A DNA stretch of 64,000 nt from an uncultured delta proteobacterium (GCA_963808235.1 CAWEEQ010000004.1:1312001-1376000); one strand, 5' to 3'; counted from the first letter of the stretch, positions 1-9,981 are shown. A program made the numbers and translations. The notes: generated by a model from the letters alone, not told the origin.

Positions 1-1
1 C

Positions 2-346
2 GGCGAGCCACATCGCGCGGTTGCCGTTGCGCATCGTGAACGGGCCGAGAAAGTACCAGATGCCCTTGGCGCGATTGCCGTCGACCACGATGTCGGGATT
101 CATCACGTTGTGCTGCGAGAAGCTGATCCGATGCTGGAAGTCCTGGAACAGCTTGCGAATCGCGTCATGGCCCTGATGCGTCCCGACGCCGGCGCCTTCC
201 CAGATTCCGTCGGGAGCGAACAGCGTGGTGATCTTTTCGGGATTGTGATTGTCGTCGCAGACGGCGCAGTAGCGAGCCTTGAGTTTCTTGATTGCCTCGA
301 TGTCCTCGAGAATCGTGATGCGTTTTTCGAGTTCGCCGATGTCCAT
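2..346 (-). CDS. SnoaL/NTF2-like family protein (BaiE/LinA-like), runs off the left edge
   Basis: My translation of the reverse strand from ATG at 346: MDIGELEKRITILEDIEAIKKLKARYCAVCDD...LFAPDGIWEG...HNVMNPDIVVDGNRAKGIWY. GAGGAGG RBS at 354-360. Absent from the ORF track because it is truncated. Confidence 0.8.
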   Translation of the reverse strand, partial: MDIGELEKRITILEDIEAIKKLKARYCAVCDDNHNPEKITTLFAPDGIWEGAGVGTHQGHDAIRKLFQDFQHRISFSQHNVMNPDIVVDGNRAKGIWYFLGPFTMRNGNRAMWLA

Positions 347-358
347 AGATAGACCTCC

Positions 359-628
359 TCAGGTGCCGAATCTTTGCAGGCCGCGGGCCTTCGCCTTTGC
401 GGCTTCCTCTTCGCGATTGCGCGACGGTGCGTTGGTTTCGAGCGAGCGGAGGAGGCGAGTCGCAGCGCCGGCTATTTCATCGATCGCGGCCATGAAGGGG
501 GCTTCGTTGGCCTTCGACGGTTTGTTGAAACCGCTTATTTTTCGGACGAACTGGAGCGAGGCGGCGCGAACCTCGTCGTCGGTGACTGGCGGATCAAAAT
601 TGAAAAGGATTTTGATATTTCGGCACAT
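359..628 (-). CDS. DUF2277 family protein
   Basis: MCRNIKILFNFDPPVTDDEVRAASLQFVRKISGF is the typical DUF2277 N-terminus. Confidence 0.85.
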   Translation of the reverse strand: MCRNIKILFNFDPPVTDDEVRAASLQFVRKISGFNKPSKANEAPFMAAIDEIAGAATRLLRSLETNAPSRNREEEAAKAKARGLQRFGT

Positions 629-782
629 CGCGGGTGACCTCAAAATCTTGAGAATTCTCTAACTGTTAACTGTTACCAAAAAACTTTAGTCGGCTTTCAG
701 GCAGTCGAGAAGAGCTGGTCACTGGTCACATCGTTGGAAGCCGGACGATTGCCGACCAGCACGACCTGTGTAAGATGCGGCT

Positions 783-1724
783 ATGAACGACGAAGTGACT
801 AAAAGTTCACCGTGGGACGTGTTCATCAATCTGCTTGCGGTGATCGCGCTTTATGTCAGCGTCTATAGCGCGATCAGCCTGCTTTTTCAGTTCACCAATC
901 TTGCACTGCCCGAACCTGCCGACCAGCGAACGGCCATCCGCGAGGCGATTCGCTATGGCGTGTCGATGTTGATCATATTTTTCCCAGTCTATTGGTGGGC
1001 GTGGAGCTCGATCGAAGCCGACCTCGCGGTGAACCCGGGGAAACGGCGACTGTGGGTGCGCACAGTTCCCATCTACCTGACACTGTTTCTTGCTGGAATG
1101 ACCGCGCTCGAAGATTTGGCTTACCTGTTCTACTACCTGATGAGCGGCGATCTGACTTCGCGATTGGTGACGAAAATCGCGGCGGTTCTGATCGTGGTCG
1201 GGGGAGTACTCTTCTTTTATCGCGATGCGCTTCGCCGTGAATCCGGTCCATTGCCGGGCGCAACTTGGGCGTTTGCGTATGCTTCAGCGGCATTGGCCGC
1301 GGCGCTCGTAGTCGCCGGATTTGTTATCGCAGGGCCGCCGACTCGTGCGCATCGTGCTCGCCTGGATGCCCTGGATCAGCAGCGGATACGCGATCTCGAT
1401 TCCATACAGCAGAAAATTCTCACCTACTGGGACGACAAGGGCGAACTTCCGGATTCGATCGATCAGTTGAGTAAGGACATGGTCGGCTATTCGCCGCCGC
1501 GAGATCCCGCGAGTGGCGACTCTTACACCTATTTCAAGACGGTCGACGCGTCGTTCGAACTCTGCACGGATTTCGAGCTGGTGGGCTCGGCCCCGGCGAG
1601 CATGAGCACCTCGCGGCAGACGGATCCAAGTTTTACGTGGCGGCATCTGGAGGGGCACTGGTGCTACAAGTGGACGATCGATCCCGCGCTACACCCTCCG
1701 CACAAGAAATCGCTACGCCCTTGA
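783..1724 (+). CDS. DUF5671-like multi-TM membrane protein with C-terminal extracytoplasmic domain
   Basis: About 5 hydrophobic helices (DVFINLLAVIALYVS..., IYLTLFLAG..., GDLTSRLVTKI). C-terminal LDQQRIRDL..IQ..YW...LP...DP.SG..Y.Y....FELC pattern. Confidence 0.7.
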   Translation: MNDEVTKSSPWDVFINLLAVIALYVSVYSAISLLFQFTNLALPEPADQRTAIREAIRYGVSMLIIFFPVYWWAWSSIEADLAVNPGKRRLWVRTVPIYLTLFLAGMTALEDLAYLFYYLMSGDLTSRLVTKIAAVLIVVGGVLFFYRDALRRESGPLPGATWAFAYASAALAAALVVAGFVIAGPPTRAHRARLDALDQQRIRDLDSIQQKILTYWDDKGELPDSIDQLSKDMVGYSPPRDPASGDSYTYFKTVDASFELCTDFELVGSAPASMSTSRQTDPSFTWRHLEGHWCYKWTIDPALHPPHKKSLRP

Positions 1725-1909
1725 GCCGAGCGAGCGATTGAATATTGATCCCGCACGGCCTGATTCGCGGTGCGGGCGCGAGGGTTGACGACTTTGCGCA
1801 CCTGTGGGAAACTCCGGCTAAACGAGAAAGACCGCGCCGCCGCAAGGGCGGCGTTAGTCATTCTGATAGCACCGTCAATTGCACCAATTTTGGATTTCGG
1901 AGGATCTGT

Positions 1910-2353
1910 ATGGCTGAGCAAGCTCAAGCTACTGACACCGGACCGCGTCCGATCGTTCCATGGCTGAAACTCGCGCCCAAGCCCCATCTGGAGGGAATCA
2001 AGTGTGGCGCGTGTGGAGCGATCTACCTGGATCCGAAGCGGGTCGCATGCTCGAAATGCGGCGCGACCGATAAGTTCCAGCCGCTGGCGCTCTCGGACAA
2101 GGGTAAGGTGTACGTCTTCTCGGTCGTGCATCAGTCGTTCCCGGGAATCAAGACGCCGTATGTGACCGCGATCGTCGATCTGCCCGAAGGTGTCAGCGTG
2201 CGCGCGAATCTGATGGACGTCGATCCGGAGCAAGCTCAGAAGGAACCGAACAAGGTCTTCAATCTGCCGGTCGAATTGGTGACCAGCGTCGCGGCCAAGG
2301 ATCGCGAGGGCCACGACGTGGTAGCTTTTTCGTACCGGCCGAGCAAGAATTAG
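1910..2353 (+). CDS. DUF35 Zn-ribbon/OB-fold protein (thiolase partner)
   Basis: CGAC...CSKC zinc ribbon followed by OB fold (GKVYVFSVVH..PYVTAIVDLPEG). GGAGG RBS before ATG 1910. Adjacent thiolase. Confidence 0.88.
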   Translation: MAEQAQATDTGPRPIVPWLKLAPKPHLEGIKCGACGAIYLDPKRVACSKCGATDKFQPLALSDKGKVYVFSVVHQSFPGIKTPYVTAIVDLPEGVSVRANLMDVDPEQAQKEPNKVFNLPVELVTSVAAKDREGHDVVAFSYRPSKN

Positions 2354-2473
2354 GCAGAAGGCGCTAGCGCCGTTATAATGAAGAGCGTAATTAATAATTA
2401 AGCCAGCTGCGAACTGTGAACAACTAACTCGACGGACCACGGTACATGGCCGGGCCGCCAGGAGGGTATCGAG

Positions 2474-3634
2474 ATGCGAAATGTTTATGTGCTTGGAACC
2501 GGGATGATCAAGTTCGGACGTTATCCCGAAAAGAGCGTTCCTGAACTTGGCGGACAGGCGGCGATCCTCGCGCTGAAGGACGCCGGAATCGCAATCAAGG
2601 ACGTCGAGATGTTCGCCTGCGGAAATCTCTACCAGTCCAACGCGATGGTCGGGCAGAGAATTCTGCAGCAGATCGGCCAAACCGGAATTCCGGTAATCAA
2701 CGTGTCGAACGCATGTGCGACCGGCTCGACGGCGTTTCGCGAGGCGTACATGTCGGTCGCGTCGGGAATGTATGACATCTCGATGGCGGTGGGCGTCGAG
2801 CAGATGGGCAAGCAGGGATTGCTCGGCGGCACCGGCGGTGGCGACCCGGCGTACTCGACCGAAGGCAAAGTGGGCTCGGGCCTGATGCCGGCGGTGTTCG
2901 GGCAGGCGGGTATCGAGCACATGCGCAAGTACGGAACGAAGCTCGAGCACTTCGCGAAAATCTCGGTGAAGTCGCACAAGCATGCGACCAAAAATCCGTT
3001 CTCGCAGTATCGCAACGAAGTATCGCTCGAAGACGTGATGAATGCGCGCATGGTCGCGTTTCCCAACACGCTCTATATGTGCTGCCCGACCGGAGACGGC
3101 GCGGCGGCGGCGATCCTCGTCAGCGAGGACAAGTTGAAGCAGCTAGCCGGCGGGCGCAAGCGCGCACGCGTGGCGGCCTCGGTGCTCACGTCGGATCCGT
3201 GGACCGATCGCGACTTGACCCTGCCTGACGTCAGCACGCTAACGCGGCGTGCGTCGAAGCAGGCCTACGAGAAAGCCGGAATCGGACCCAAGGATATCGC
3301 GCTTACCGAATTGCATGACTGCTTCGCGACCGCGGAACTAGTCCACTACGAGAACCTCGGACTCTGTGGCGACGGCGAGGCCGGCAAGTTCATCGATTCG
3401 GGCGGCGGCGTGCATCCGAGCCTCGGCGGCCACGATCCGGTCAACGTGTCGGGCGGGCTGCTCTCGAAGGGGCATCCGCTGGGCGCGACCGGCGTCGCGA
3501 ATATCTGCGAGGTGGTCTGGCACCTGACCCAGGACGATCGCGCGAAAGAGCGCCTGGTGCCTAACGCCAAGGCGGGCCAGGCCCACGTAATCGGGCTGGG
3601 TTCCGCCTGCACGATTCATATCCTGACGGTATAA
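2474..3634 (+). CDS. SCP2/SCP-x-type thiolase family protein
   Basis: NACATGS, HDCF and GHPLGATG motifs. AGGAGG RBS. Confidence 0.92.
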   Translation: MRNVYVLGTGMIKFGRYPEKSVPELGGQAAILALKDAGIAIKDVEMFACGNLYQSNAMVGQRILQQIGQTGIPVINVSNACATGSTAFREAYMSVASGMYDISMAVGVEQMGKQGLLGGTGGGDPAYSTEGKVGSGLMPAVFGQAGIEHMRKYGTKLEHFAKISVKSHKHATKNPFSQYRNEVSLEDVMNARMVAFPNTLYMCCPTGDGAAAAILVSEDKLKQLAGGRKRARVAASVLTSDPWTDRDLTLPDVSTLTRRASKQAYEKAGIGPKDIALTELHDCFATAELVHYENLGLCGDGEAGKFIDSGGGVHPSLGGHDPVNVSGGLLSKGHPLGATGVANICEVVWHLTQDDRAKERLVPNAKAGQAHVIGLGSACTIHILTV

Positions 3635-3668
3635 TTCAGGACTCAACGCCTAATCGGCACTTCGAAAG

Positions 3669-3700
3669 AGGGCCGCCCCAAAAGGCGGCCCTTTTTCTTT
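3669..3700 (+). terminator. Rho-independent terminator after thiolase
   Basis: AGGGCCGCC-ccaaaa-GGCGGCCCT stem followed by TTTTCTTT. Confidence 0.85.
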
Positions 3701-3737
3701 CTCGATCCGGGCCGATAAGATTCGGAATCGGTGAAAG

Positions 3738-4640
3738 ATGATGGCTGAAGAAGAACAATCGGAACTCCGGAAGTCGACTGCGGAAAGGCTCGGCTACGCA
3801 GCCGATGCACGCATGCTGATCATCAATGCCGACGACTTCGGCATGTGCCACGACCAGAACGAAGGCGTGATGCAGGGATTGACGCGCGGGCTGTTCACCT
3901 CGTCGACCATCCTGGTGACTTGCCCGTGGTTCGAGGAGGCGGCCGAGTTTGCGCGGAGCAATCAGCAGGCCGACCTCGGGGTGCATCTGACGCTGACGGC
4001 GGAATGGGATCGTTACAAATGGGGGCCGGTGCTCGGGCGCAACGCGGTTCCGACTCTGTGCAACGCAGCCGGCTATCTTCGGCAGACGGTCGAAGATGTG
4101 TACCAGCACGACAGTCTCGACGAAGTCGAGCTGGAACTGCGCGCGCAGATCGAAAAAGCGCTCGCTGCTGGAATCGACGTGACCCATCTCGATTCGCACA
4201 TGGGGCCGCTGCATCTGCGCGCCGACTATCATGAGATCTACACCCGCCTCGCGAGCGAGTATCGGGTGCCGATCAGGCTCGCATCACGGCGGCGGATGCG
4301 CGCGGAAGGATGGACCGCGGTACTCGATCAGCTCGAGGGGCTTGGAGTCGTCACGCCGGATCATCTCGTCTTCCACGGGCCGCCTTCGGTGGACCAGACC
4401 GAGGGTTACTGGACGAATCTGATTCGCAACTTGAAGCCGGGCGTGACCGAGATCTTGTGTCATCCGGCGCTCGCTCGCGACGAACTGAAGAGCTGTGCGC
4501 GCGACGCGTTCCAGCGCGAAGCCGATTTCCGCTACTTCACCTCGGAGCAAACGCGCAAGTTGATCAAGGATGCGGGAGTCACGCTTACCGGCTTTCGCCA
4601 ACTCCGCGACCTGATGCGCGGCGATTCGGCGGATGGGTGA
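3738..4640 (+). CDS. YdjC/ChbG-family carbohydrate deacetylase
   Basis: IINADDFG, GVHLTL, THLDSHM and EILCHP motifs. Confidence 0.9.
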   Translation: MMAEEEQSELRKSTAERLGYAADARMLIINADDFGMCHDQNEGVMQGLTRGLFTSSTILVTCPWFEEAAEFARSNQQADLGVHLTLTAEWDRYKWGPVLGRNAVPTLCNAAGYLRQTVEDVYQHDSLDEVELELRAQIEKALAAGIDVTHLDSHMGPLHLRADYHEIYTRLASEYRVPIRLASRRRMRAEGWTAVLDQLEGLGVVTPDHLVFHGPPSVDQTEGYWTNLIRNLKPGVTEILCHPALARDELKSCARDAFQREADFRYFTSEQTRKLIKDAGVTLTGFRQLRDLMRGDSADG

Positions 4641-5905
4641 GTGAAAAGTTGGAACTGACGAGGCTAAGAGGGTTTCGAGATATTGTCGGCGCGGAGGCGC
4701 GGGCGATGAGTCTCGTCGAGGACGAGGCGCGCGCGGTAGCACTTCGCTACAACTTCAGCGAGATCAGAATTCCCCTGCTGGAGCGGATTCAACTGTTCGC
4801 GCGCTCCACCGGCGAAACTTCGGATATCGTCGAAAAGCAGATGTACGCATTTGCCGACCGCGACGAGGTCGAGACGATGGTCGCGCTCAGGCCAGAGGGT
4901 ACGCCGAGCGTGGTGCGCGCATACGTGGAGGCCGGCTTCGATCGCAGCGACCCGGAGCAGCGTTTCTTCTACTCGGGTCCGGTGTTCCGGCGCGAGCGCC
5001 CGCAGAAGGGCCGCTACCGGCAGTTCTACCAGTTCGGAGTCGAAGTGTTTGGAAGAGCAGACCCGAGTTGCGACGCGGAGCTGCTGATCATGGTCGCGGA
5101 ATTGTGCGGAAATCTGAAACTCAAAGTCAGATTCGAAATCAATTCGATCGGAGACGCGAACTGCCGGCCGGCGTTTCGCGCCGCGCTCATCGAATGGGGT
5201 AGGGCGCATTGGGACCAGCTCTGCGACGATTGCCACAGCCGGCTAGAGCGCAATCCGCTCCGGCTGCTCGATTGCAAGATTGACGCGAAGCTCGCGGAGT
5301 CGGCGCCGAACAGCCTCGACTATCTCTGTGATCCATGCCGGACGCATTTCGCCACGGTCAAGGAACTGGCCTCGGCAGGCGGAGTGGAGTTTGTCGTCAA
5401 CCCGCGGCTGGTGCGCGGGCTGGACTATTACACTCGCACGGCGTTCGAGGTTATGGCCGACGGACTTGGCGCGCAGAGCACGGTGGTTGGAGGCGGGCGC
5501 TACGACGGACTCGTCGAAATAATGGGCGGCGGCGCGATTGCGGGAATCGGCTTCGGGATCGGCGTCGACCGGATGGTGCTCGCGCTGCAAGCCGCAGGCT
5601 TGGCGCCGTCGACCGCGCCGGACGCCGCGATAATCGCGATGGGGCACGCGGCGACGCGCCAGGCGATCCTGGTCGCACGCGACCTGCGCGCGGCGAATCT
5701 TTCCGTGGAGATGCTGTCGCCTGAGCGTAAGATGAAGGCGCTGCTCGGCCGCGCGTCGAAGATCGGCGCGCGCTTCGCGATTATAATAGGGGAAGACGAA
5801 ATTGCGCGCGGAGTCGTGCAGCTCCGCGACCTGAAGCAGAGCGCACAGCGCGAGGTCGCATTCGCCGACGCGGCTCGCACGATCGCGGACGCGCGCAAGG
5901 AGTGA
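4637..5905 (+). CDS. hisS: Histidine--tRNA ligase
   Basis: RGFRD, LRPEGT, FRRERPQKGRYRQFYQ, LVRGLDYY and GGGRYD motifs. Probable GTG start overlapping the upstream TGA. Confidence 0.96.
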   Translation: MSEKLELTRLRGFRDIVGAEARAMSLVEDEARAVALRYNFSEIRIPLLERIQLFARSTGETSDIVEKQMYAFADRDEVETMVALRPEGTPSVVRAYVEAGFDRSDPEQRFFYSGPVFRRERPQKGRYRQFYQFGVEVFGRADPSCDAELLIMVAELCGNLKLKVRFEINSIGDANCRPAFRAALIEWGRAHWDQLCDDCHSRLERNPLRLLDCKIDAKLAESAPNSLDYLCDPCRTHFATVKELASAGGVEFVVNPRLVRGLDYYTRTAFEVMADGLGAQSTVVGGGRYDGLVEIMGGGAIAGIGFGIGVDRMVLALQAAGLAPSTAPDAAIIAMGHAATRQAILVARDLRAANLSVEMLSPERKMKALLGRASKIGARFAIIIGEDEIARGVVQLRDLKQSAQREVAFADAARTIADARKE

Positions 5906-5981
5906 GGTACTTCACAGTTTCTTGCACAGTTTCGTGCGCCCTCGGGCACAGGTATTCTCGACCGACAAGTAAGATTTCAAT

Positions 5982-6012
5982 TTTTAACGTTTTAACCTTT
6001 CAACTTTTTAAC
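5982..6012. repeat. AT-rich 8-bp periodic repeat TTT(T/C)AAC x4 between hisS and aspS
   Basis: Copies at 5982, 5990, 5998 and 6006, plus degenerate TTTCAAT at 5975. Confidence 0.75.
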
Positions 6013-6020
6013 TGTGATGA

Positions 6021-7817
6021 GTGATGGCGAAAACTGAACAATATTCTCCTCTCCCACCGTGGCAGCGCACCGATCTTTGCGGCGCGATTCGCGCCGTCGA
6101 CGTTGGCCGCGAGGTCGCGCTGTGGGGATGGGTGCAGACGCGGCGCGACCATGGCGGACTTATATTTATCGATCTGCGCGACCGCGCGGGAATCGTGCAG
6201 CTCGTCATGAACCCCACCCATAGTCCGGGAGCGCATCAGGCGGCCGAAGAAGTTCGCGCCGAGTTTTATATCGCGGCGAAGGGCAAAGTCGTGCGCCGTA
6301 GCGAGGGAACCGTCAACGCGGAACTTCCGACCGGCGAAGTCGAAGTGCTGGTCAGCGAGTTCGAGACGCTCAGCGGATCGGCGCCGGTGCCGTTTCAGAT
6401 TGCAGACGGCGACGCGACTGCTGAGGAAATCCGGCTGAAGTACCGCTACCTGGATCTGCGCCGCCCCGAGCTGCAAACGAATCTCCGCCGGCGGCATCAG
6501 GCCCTCCAGGCGGTCCGCGAGCATCTCGATCAGAACGGCTTTGTCGAAATCGAAACGCCGATACTTTTCAAATCCACGCCGGAAGGCGCACGCGACTACC
6601 TGGTTCCGAGCCGGGTGAACCCTGGAAAGTTCTACGCGCTCCCGCAATCACCGCAGCTCTTGAAACAGATCCTGATGATCGGCGGCTTCGACCGCTACTA
6701 CCAGATTGCACGATGCTTTCGCGACGAGGACTTGCGTGCGAATCGGCAGCCCGAGTTCAGCCAGATCGATATCGAGATGACCTGCCCGCGTCCTGAAGAT
6801 GTGCAGTCGATCGCGGAGGGCATGATCGCGTCGATCTATCGGCGCGTGTTCGATATCGACGTCAAACCGCCGTTCCCGAGAATGCAGTATTCGGATGCAA
6901 TGGAACGATTTGGCAACGACAAGCCCGACCTTCGCTTCGGACTCGAACTCAAAAATCTCACCACGACGTTTGCGGGAACTTCGTTCAAGGTGTTTGCGGA
7001 AATCCTGGCGCGCGGTGAAGCGATCTACGGAATCAACGTGACCGGCGATCATACGCTCAGCCGGCGCGAGCTCGACGAACTGACCGAATCGGTGAAAGCG
7101 CGCTATTCGATGGGTCTCGCGTGGGTAAAGATCGGCGACGCCGGATGGCAGGGCCCGATCGCGAAGTATCTGAGCGACAGCGAGCGGAGTGCCGCCGCGA
7201 CGATCGCGAATCTCAAGCGAACAGACACGCTCTTGATGGTCGGCGGGCCACCGGACCAGGTGCGTCCCGTGCTGAGCGAGATCCGCCTGCAACTCGGCGC
7301 GAAGTTCGGTCTCGACAAATCCGAAGAGCTTAAATTTTTGTGGATTGTGGATTTTCCCCTGTTCGACTACAGCGCCGACGAAAAGCGGATGGTCGCGGTG
7401 AACCATCCCTTCACCGCACCGCATCCGGACGATCTCGCGATGCTCGAATCTGCGCCGCTCAAATCTCGCGCGCTCGCATACGACATGGTGCTCAACGGCC
7501 AGGAACTCGGCGGCGGCTCGATTCGTATCCATAGCCGGGAGCTTCAATTGAAGGTATTTGAGTTGTTGGGCCTTTCACGCGAGGAGGCGATGGATCGTTT
7601 CGGCTTTTTGCTCGATGCGCTCAAATACGGCGCGCCGCCGCACGGCGGAATCGCATTCGGGGTCGATCGGATTTGTATGATGTTGTGCGGAACGGACTCG
7701 CTGCGCGACGTGATCGCGTTCCCAAAAACGCAGAAGGCGGTCGATCCGATGAGCGGCGCGCCGTCGGAAGTGGATCCGCGTCAACTGAAGGAATTGTCGA
7801 TCAAGGTGACGTCATGA
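6021..7817 (+). CDS. aspS: Aspartate--tRNA(Asp/Asn) ligase, probably non-discriminating
   Basis: RRDHGG (His typical of the ND type), STPEGARDYLVPSR, CFRDEDLRANRQPEF, GAPPHGG. Confidence 0.97.
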   Translation: MMAKTEQYSPLPPWQRTDLCGAIRAVDVGREVALWGWVQTRRDHGGLIFIDLRDRAGIVQLVMNPTHSPGAHQAAEEVRAEFYIAAKGKVVRRSEGTVNAELPTGEVEVLVSEFETLSGSAPVPFQIADGDATAEEIRLKYRYLDLRRPELQTNLRRRHQALQAVREHLDQNGFVEIETPILFKSTPEGARDYLVPSRVNPGKFYALPQSPQLLKQILMIGGFDRYYQIARCFRDEDLRANRQPEFSQIDIEMTCPRPEDVQSIAEGMIASIYRRVFDIDVKPPFPRMQYSDAMERFGNDKPDLRFGLELKNLTTTFAGTSFKVFAEILARGEAIYGINVTGDHTLSRRELDELTESVKARYSMGLAWVKIGDAGWQGPIAKYLSDSERSAAATIANLKRTDTLLMVGGPPDQVRPVLSEIRLQLGAKFGLDKSEELKFLWIVDFPLFDYSADEKRMVAVNHPFTAPHPDDLAMLESAPLKSRALAYDMVLNGQELGGGSIRIHSRELQLKVFELLGLSREEAMDRFGFLLDALKYGAPPHGGIAFGVDRICMMLCGTDSLRDVIAFPKTQKAVDPMSGAPSEVDPRQLKELSIKVTS

Positions 7818-8608
7818 AAGCCGTGTGGGCGAACCGATTGCCGGCTCTGCTCGGAATCGCGCTCGGAGTCTCAATCGGAATCTCGGGATGCACCACGATT
7901 GCGGCGGATGCGGTCACCTCGACCGGAGAGTCGGTGTCGGACGCGATCAACAGCCGCAACGTCAAAGCGCACGCGGTGCGTTCAATCAAAACGATCACGA
8001 TCAATCGCGTCGCCGTGATGCCGCTGGTTGAAGCGCCGGCCGGCAGCGATGCGCTTGCGCCGGGCGCCGCCGAAGCGGTCACGGCCGAACTCTACAGCCA
8101 GGTGGCGCTGGCCGGCGGATGGGAAGTGATTCCCCAGCTCGATGTTGACGCCGCGCTGCAGAAAATGCCGCCGACGACGATCGCAGACATGGATGAGAAC
8201 GCACTCAAGCTTGCCCATGACGTTTCCGCAGACGGCGTAATCTACGGCACCGTCGAACGCTACAAGGAGCGGGTCGGGATGGACTACTCGGCTGCGAGCC
8301 CGGCTTCGGTCACCTTCAATCTTAAATTTGTCGATCTGAAAAGCCGGGAAATCGTCTGGACAGCCAAGTTCGCAAAGTCGCAAGCCGCGCTGTCGGAGAA
8401 CATTTTCGATCTCGCGAATTTCGTGCAACGTTCCGGAAGATGGGTGCGTGCCAACGAAATCGCGCTCGAGGGCGTGAAGGAAGCAGTCGCAAATCTGCAC
8501 GGCGATCTCGACCTGACCAAGAACGTCAAGCGATTCGAAACCGGCACCTACAGCCAGCAAAAGTCCGGACAGCAGCGCTATAATACCGGCTCGCAGGGAA
8601 TCTACTAG
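7814..8608 (+). CDS. Lipoprotein, CsgG/LpoB/DUF799-like fold
   Basis: ATG overlaps the aspS stop. Lipobox ISGC; RVAVMP and ADGVIYGTV motifs. Confidence 0.65.
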   Translation: MKAVWANRLPALLGIALGVSIGISGCTTIAADAVTSTGESVSDAINSRNVKAHAVRSIKTITINRVAVMPLVEAPAGSDALAPGAAEAVTAELYSQVALAGGWEVIPQLDVDAALQKMPPTTIADMDENALKLAHDVSADGVIYGTVERYKERVGMDYSAASPASVTFNLKFVDLKSREIVWTAKFAKSQAALSENIFDLANFVQRSGRWVRANEIALEGVKEAVANLHGDLDLTKNVKRFETGTYSQQKSGQQRYNTGSQGIY

Positions 8609-8624
8609 CAAGTCGCGCCGAGCG

Positions 8625-9731
8625 TTAATCCCACACTGAGTGCGGCTTCATCTTCAATGCCTGCGCGACCGCGGGATGCACCACGTGGCCGTCGTAAGTA
8701 TTGAGGCCGTGACGAATCGCTGAGTTCAGGCGGCCCGCCTCCAGGATGCCGCGATCGGCGATCTCGAGCGCATAGGTCAGGGTTGCGTTGGTGAGCGCGT
8801 AGGTCGAAGTATGCGGGACCATCGCGGGCATGTTGGTAACGCAGTAATGCACGACGCCGTTGCGGATGAAGGTCGGCCGCGCATGGTTCGTCGGCATCGA
8901 GGTCTCCGCGATTCCGCCCTGGTCGATCGACAGATCAACGATCGCCGCGCCCGGACGCATCCGCGCAACCATCCTGGCGCTCAGCAATCTGGGCGCGCGC
9001 GCACCGGGCACCAGCACTGCGCCGATCACCAGGTCGGAGTTGGTGACTTCCTCGTCCAGCGTCGCGCGATTCGACATCACGGTGGTGACGCGCCCGCCGA
9101 GCAGGTCGCTCAGGTAGCGCAGCCGAATCGGATTGATATCCATGATCGTGACTTCCGCGCCGACGCCCGCCGCGACCCGGCATGCATTGAGTCCCGCGAT
9201 TCCTCCGCCCAGCACGACGACCTTTCCGGGGCGCACTCCGGACGCGCCGCTAAGCAGCACTCCGCGTCCGCCGGAGCGCGCTTGCAGGCACCATGAGCCG
9301 GCCTGGATCGCGAGGCGTCCGGCAACTTCGCTCATCGGTGCGAGCAGCGGCAGGCTGGAATCTTCGAGCTGGATTGTTTCGTAGCCGACCGCGACGACGC
9401 GGCGGCGAATCAATTCGCGCGAGAGCCGCTTGTCGGCGGCCAGGTGCAGATACGTGAACAGGATCAGCCCGGGGCGCATCAGCGGATATTCCTGCGCCTG
9501 CGGCTCCTTCACCTTCAGGATCAGATCGGCGCGACGCCATACCTCGGACGCGGCGCTGACGATCGATGCACCCGCGGCGCGATAGTCAGCGTCGGCGAAT
9601 CCGCTTCCGACGCCCGCGCCGGCCTGGATCAGCACGCGATGGCCATGCATGCCGAGTGCGGCCGCGCCGGCCGGAGTGAGCGACACGCGCCGCTCATCGG
9701 ATTTAACTTCGGCCGGAATCCCGACAATCAT
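8625..9731 (-). CDS. ald: Alanine dehydrogenase
   Basis: IVGIPAEVK, KVKEP, FTYLHLA, PMSEVAGRL, DQGG, YCVTNMP. Confidence 0.95.
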   Translation of the reverse strand: MIVGIPAEVKSDERRVSLTPAGAAALGMHGHRVLIQAGAGVGSGFADADYRAAGASIVSAASEVWRRADLILKVKEPQAQEYPLMRPGLILFTYLHLAADKRLSRELIRRRVVAVGYETIQLEDSSLPLLAPMSEVAGRLAIQAGSWCLQARSGGRGVLLSGASGVRPGKVVVLGGGIAGLNACRVAAGVGAEVTIMDINPIRLRYLSDLLGGRVTTVMSNRATLDEEVTNSDLVIGAVLVPGARAPRLLSARMVARMRPGAAIVDLSIDQGGIAETSMPTNHARPTFIRNGVVHYCVTNMPAMVPHTSTYALTNATLTYALEIADRGILEAGRLNSAIRHGLNTYDGHVVHPAVAQALKMKPHSVWD

Positions 9732-9981
9732 TCTGATAGGTCCTCCACGGCGCCGCGATCGCTAAGCGCGGCACTAATGTCATCGGCGGCGAAGGTCAAG
9801 AGTCGTGAGCATGAATGGCGGCCTTGAGCGCGCGATTCGGAACTTGACAAGAGTAAGTCCGCCGCGCTTCATGATCTGAGATGTGATCGTGCGTGGGCGG
9901 TCGCCAGTGAGAAAGTGAAAGAGGGAAAGACTGAAAAAACCGGACGCGCGAGACGCGACTCTCACGATTTGCGGAGGAGTC

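Noticed and set aside
1664-2983. 439-aa minus-strand ORF, and similar long antisense ORFs (10480-11826, 15929-17140, 45489-47108, 51581-52735)
   Set aside because: These are shadows of well-supported genes caused by GC-rich codon bias; they show no recognisable motifs.
4310-4636. N-terminal extension of hisS in the ORF track; similar extensions for valS, fusA, dgt, ugd, lepA and DUF151
   Set aside because: They overlap upstream genes or lack homology; conserved sequence begins at the downstream starts given.
9840-9981. Glycine riboswitch or sigma70 promoter before gcvH
   Set aside because: No glycine aptamer core seen. TTGACA at 9844 has no good -10 at 16-18 bp spacing.
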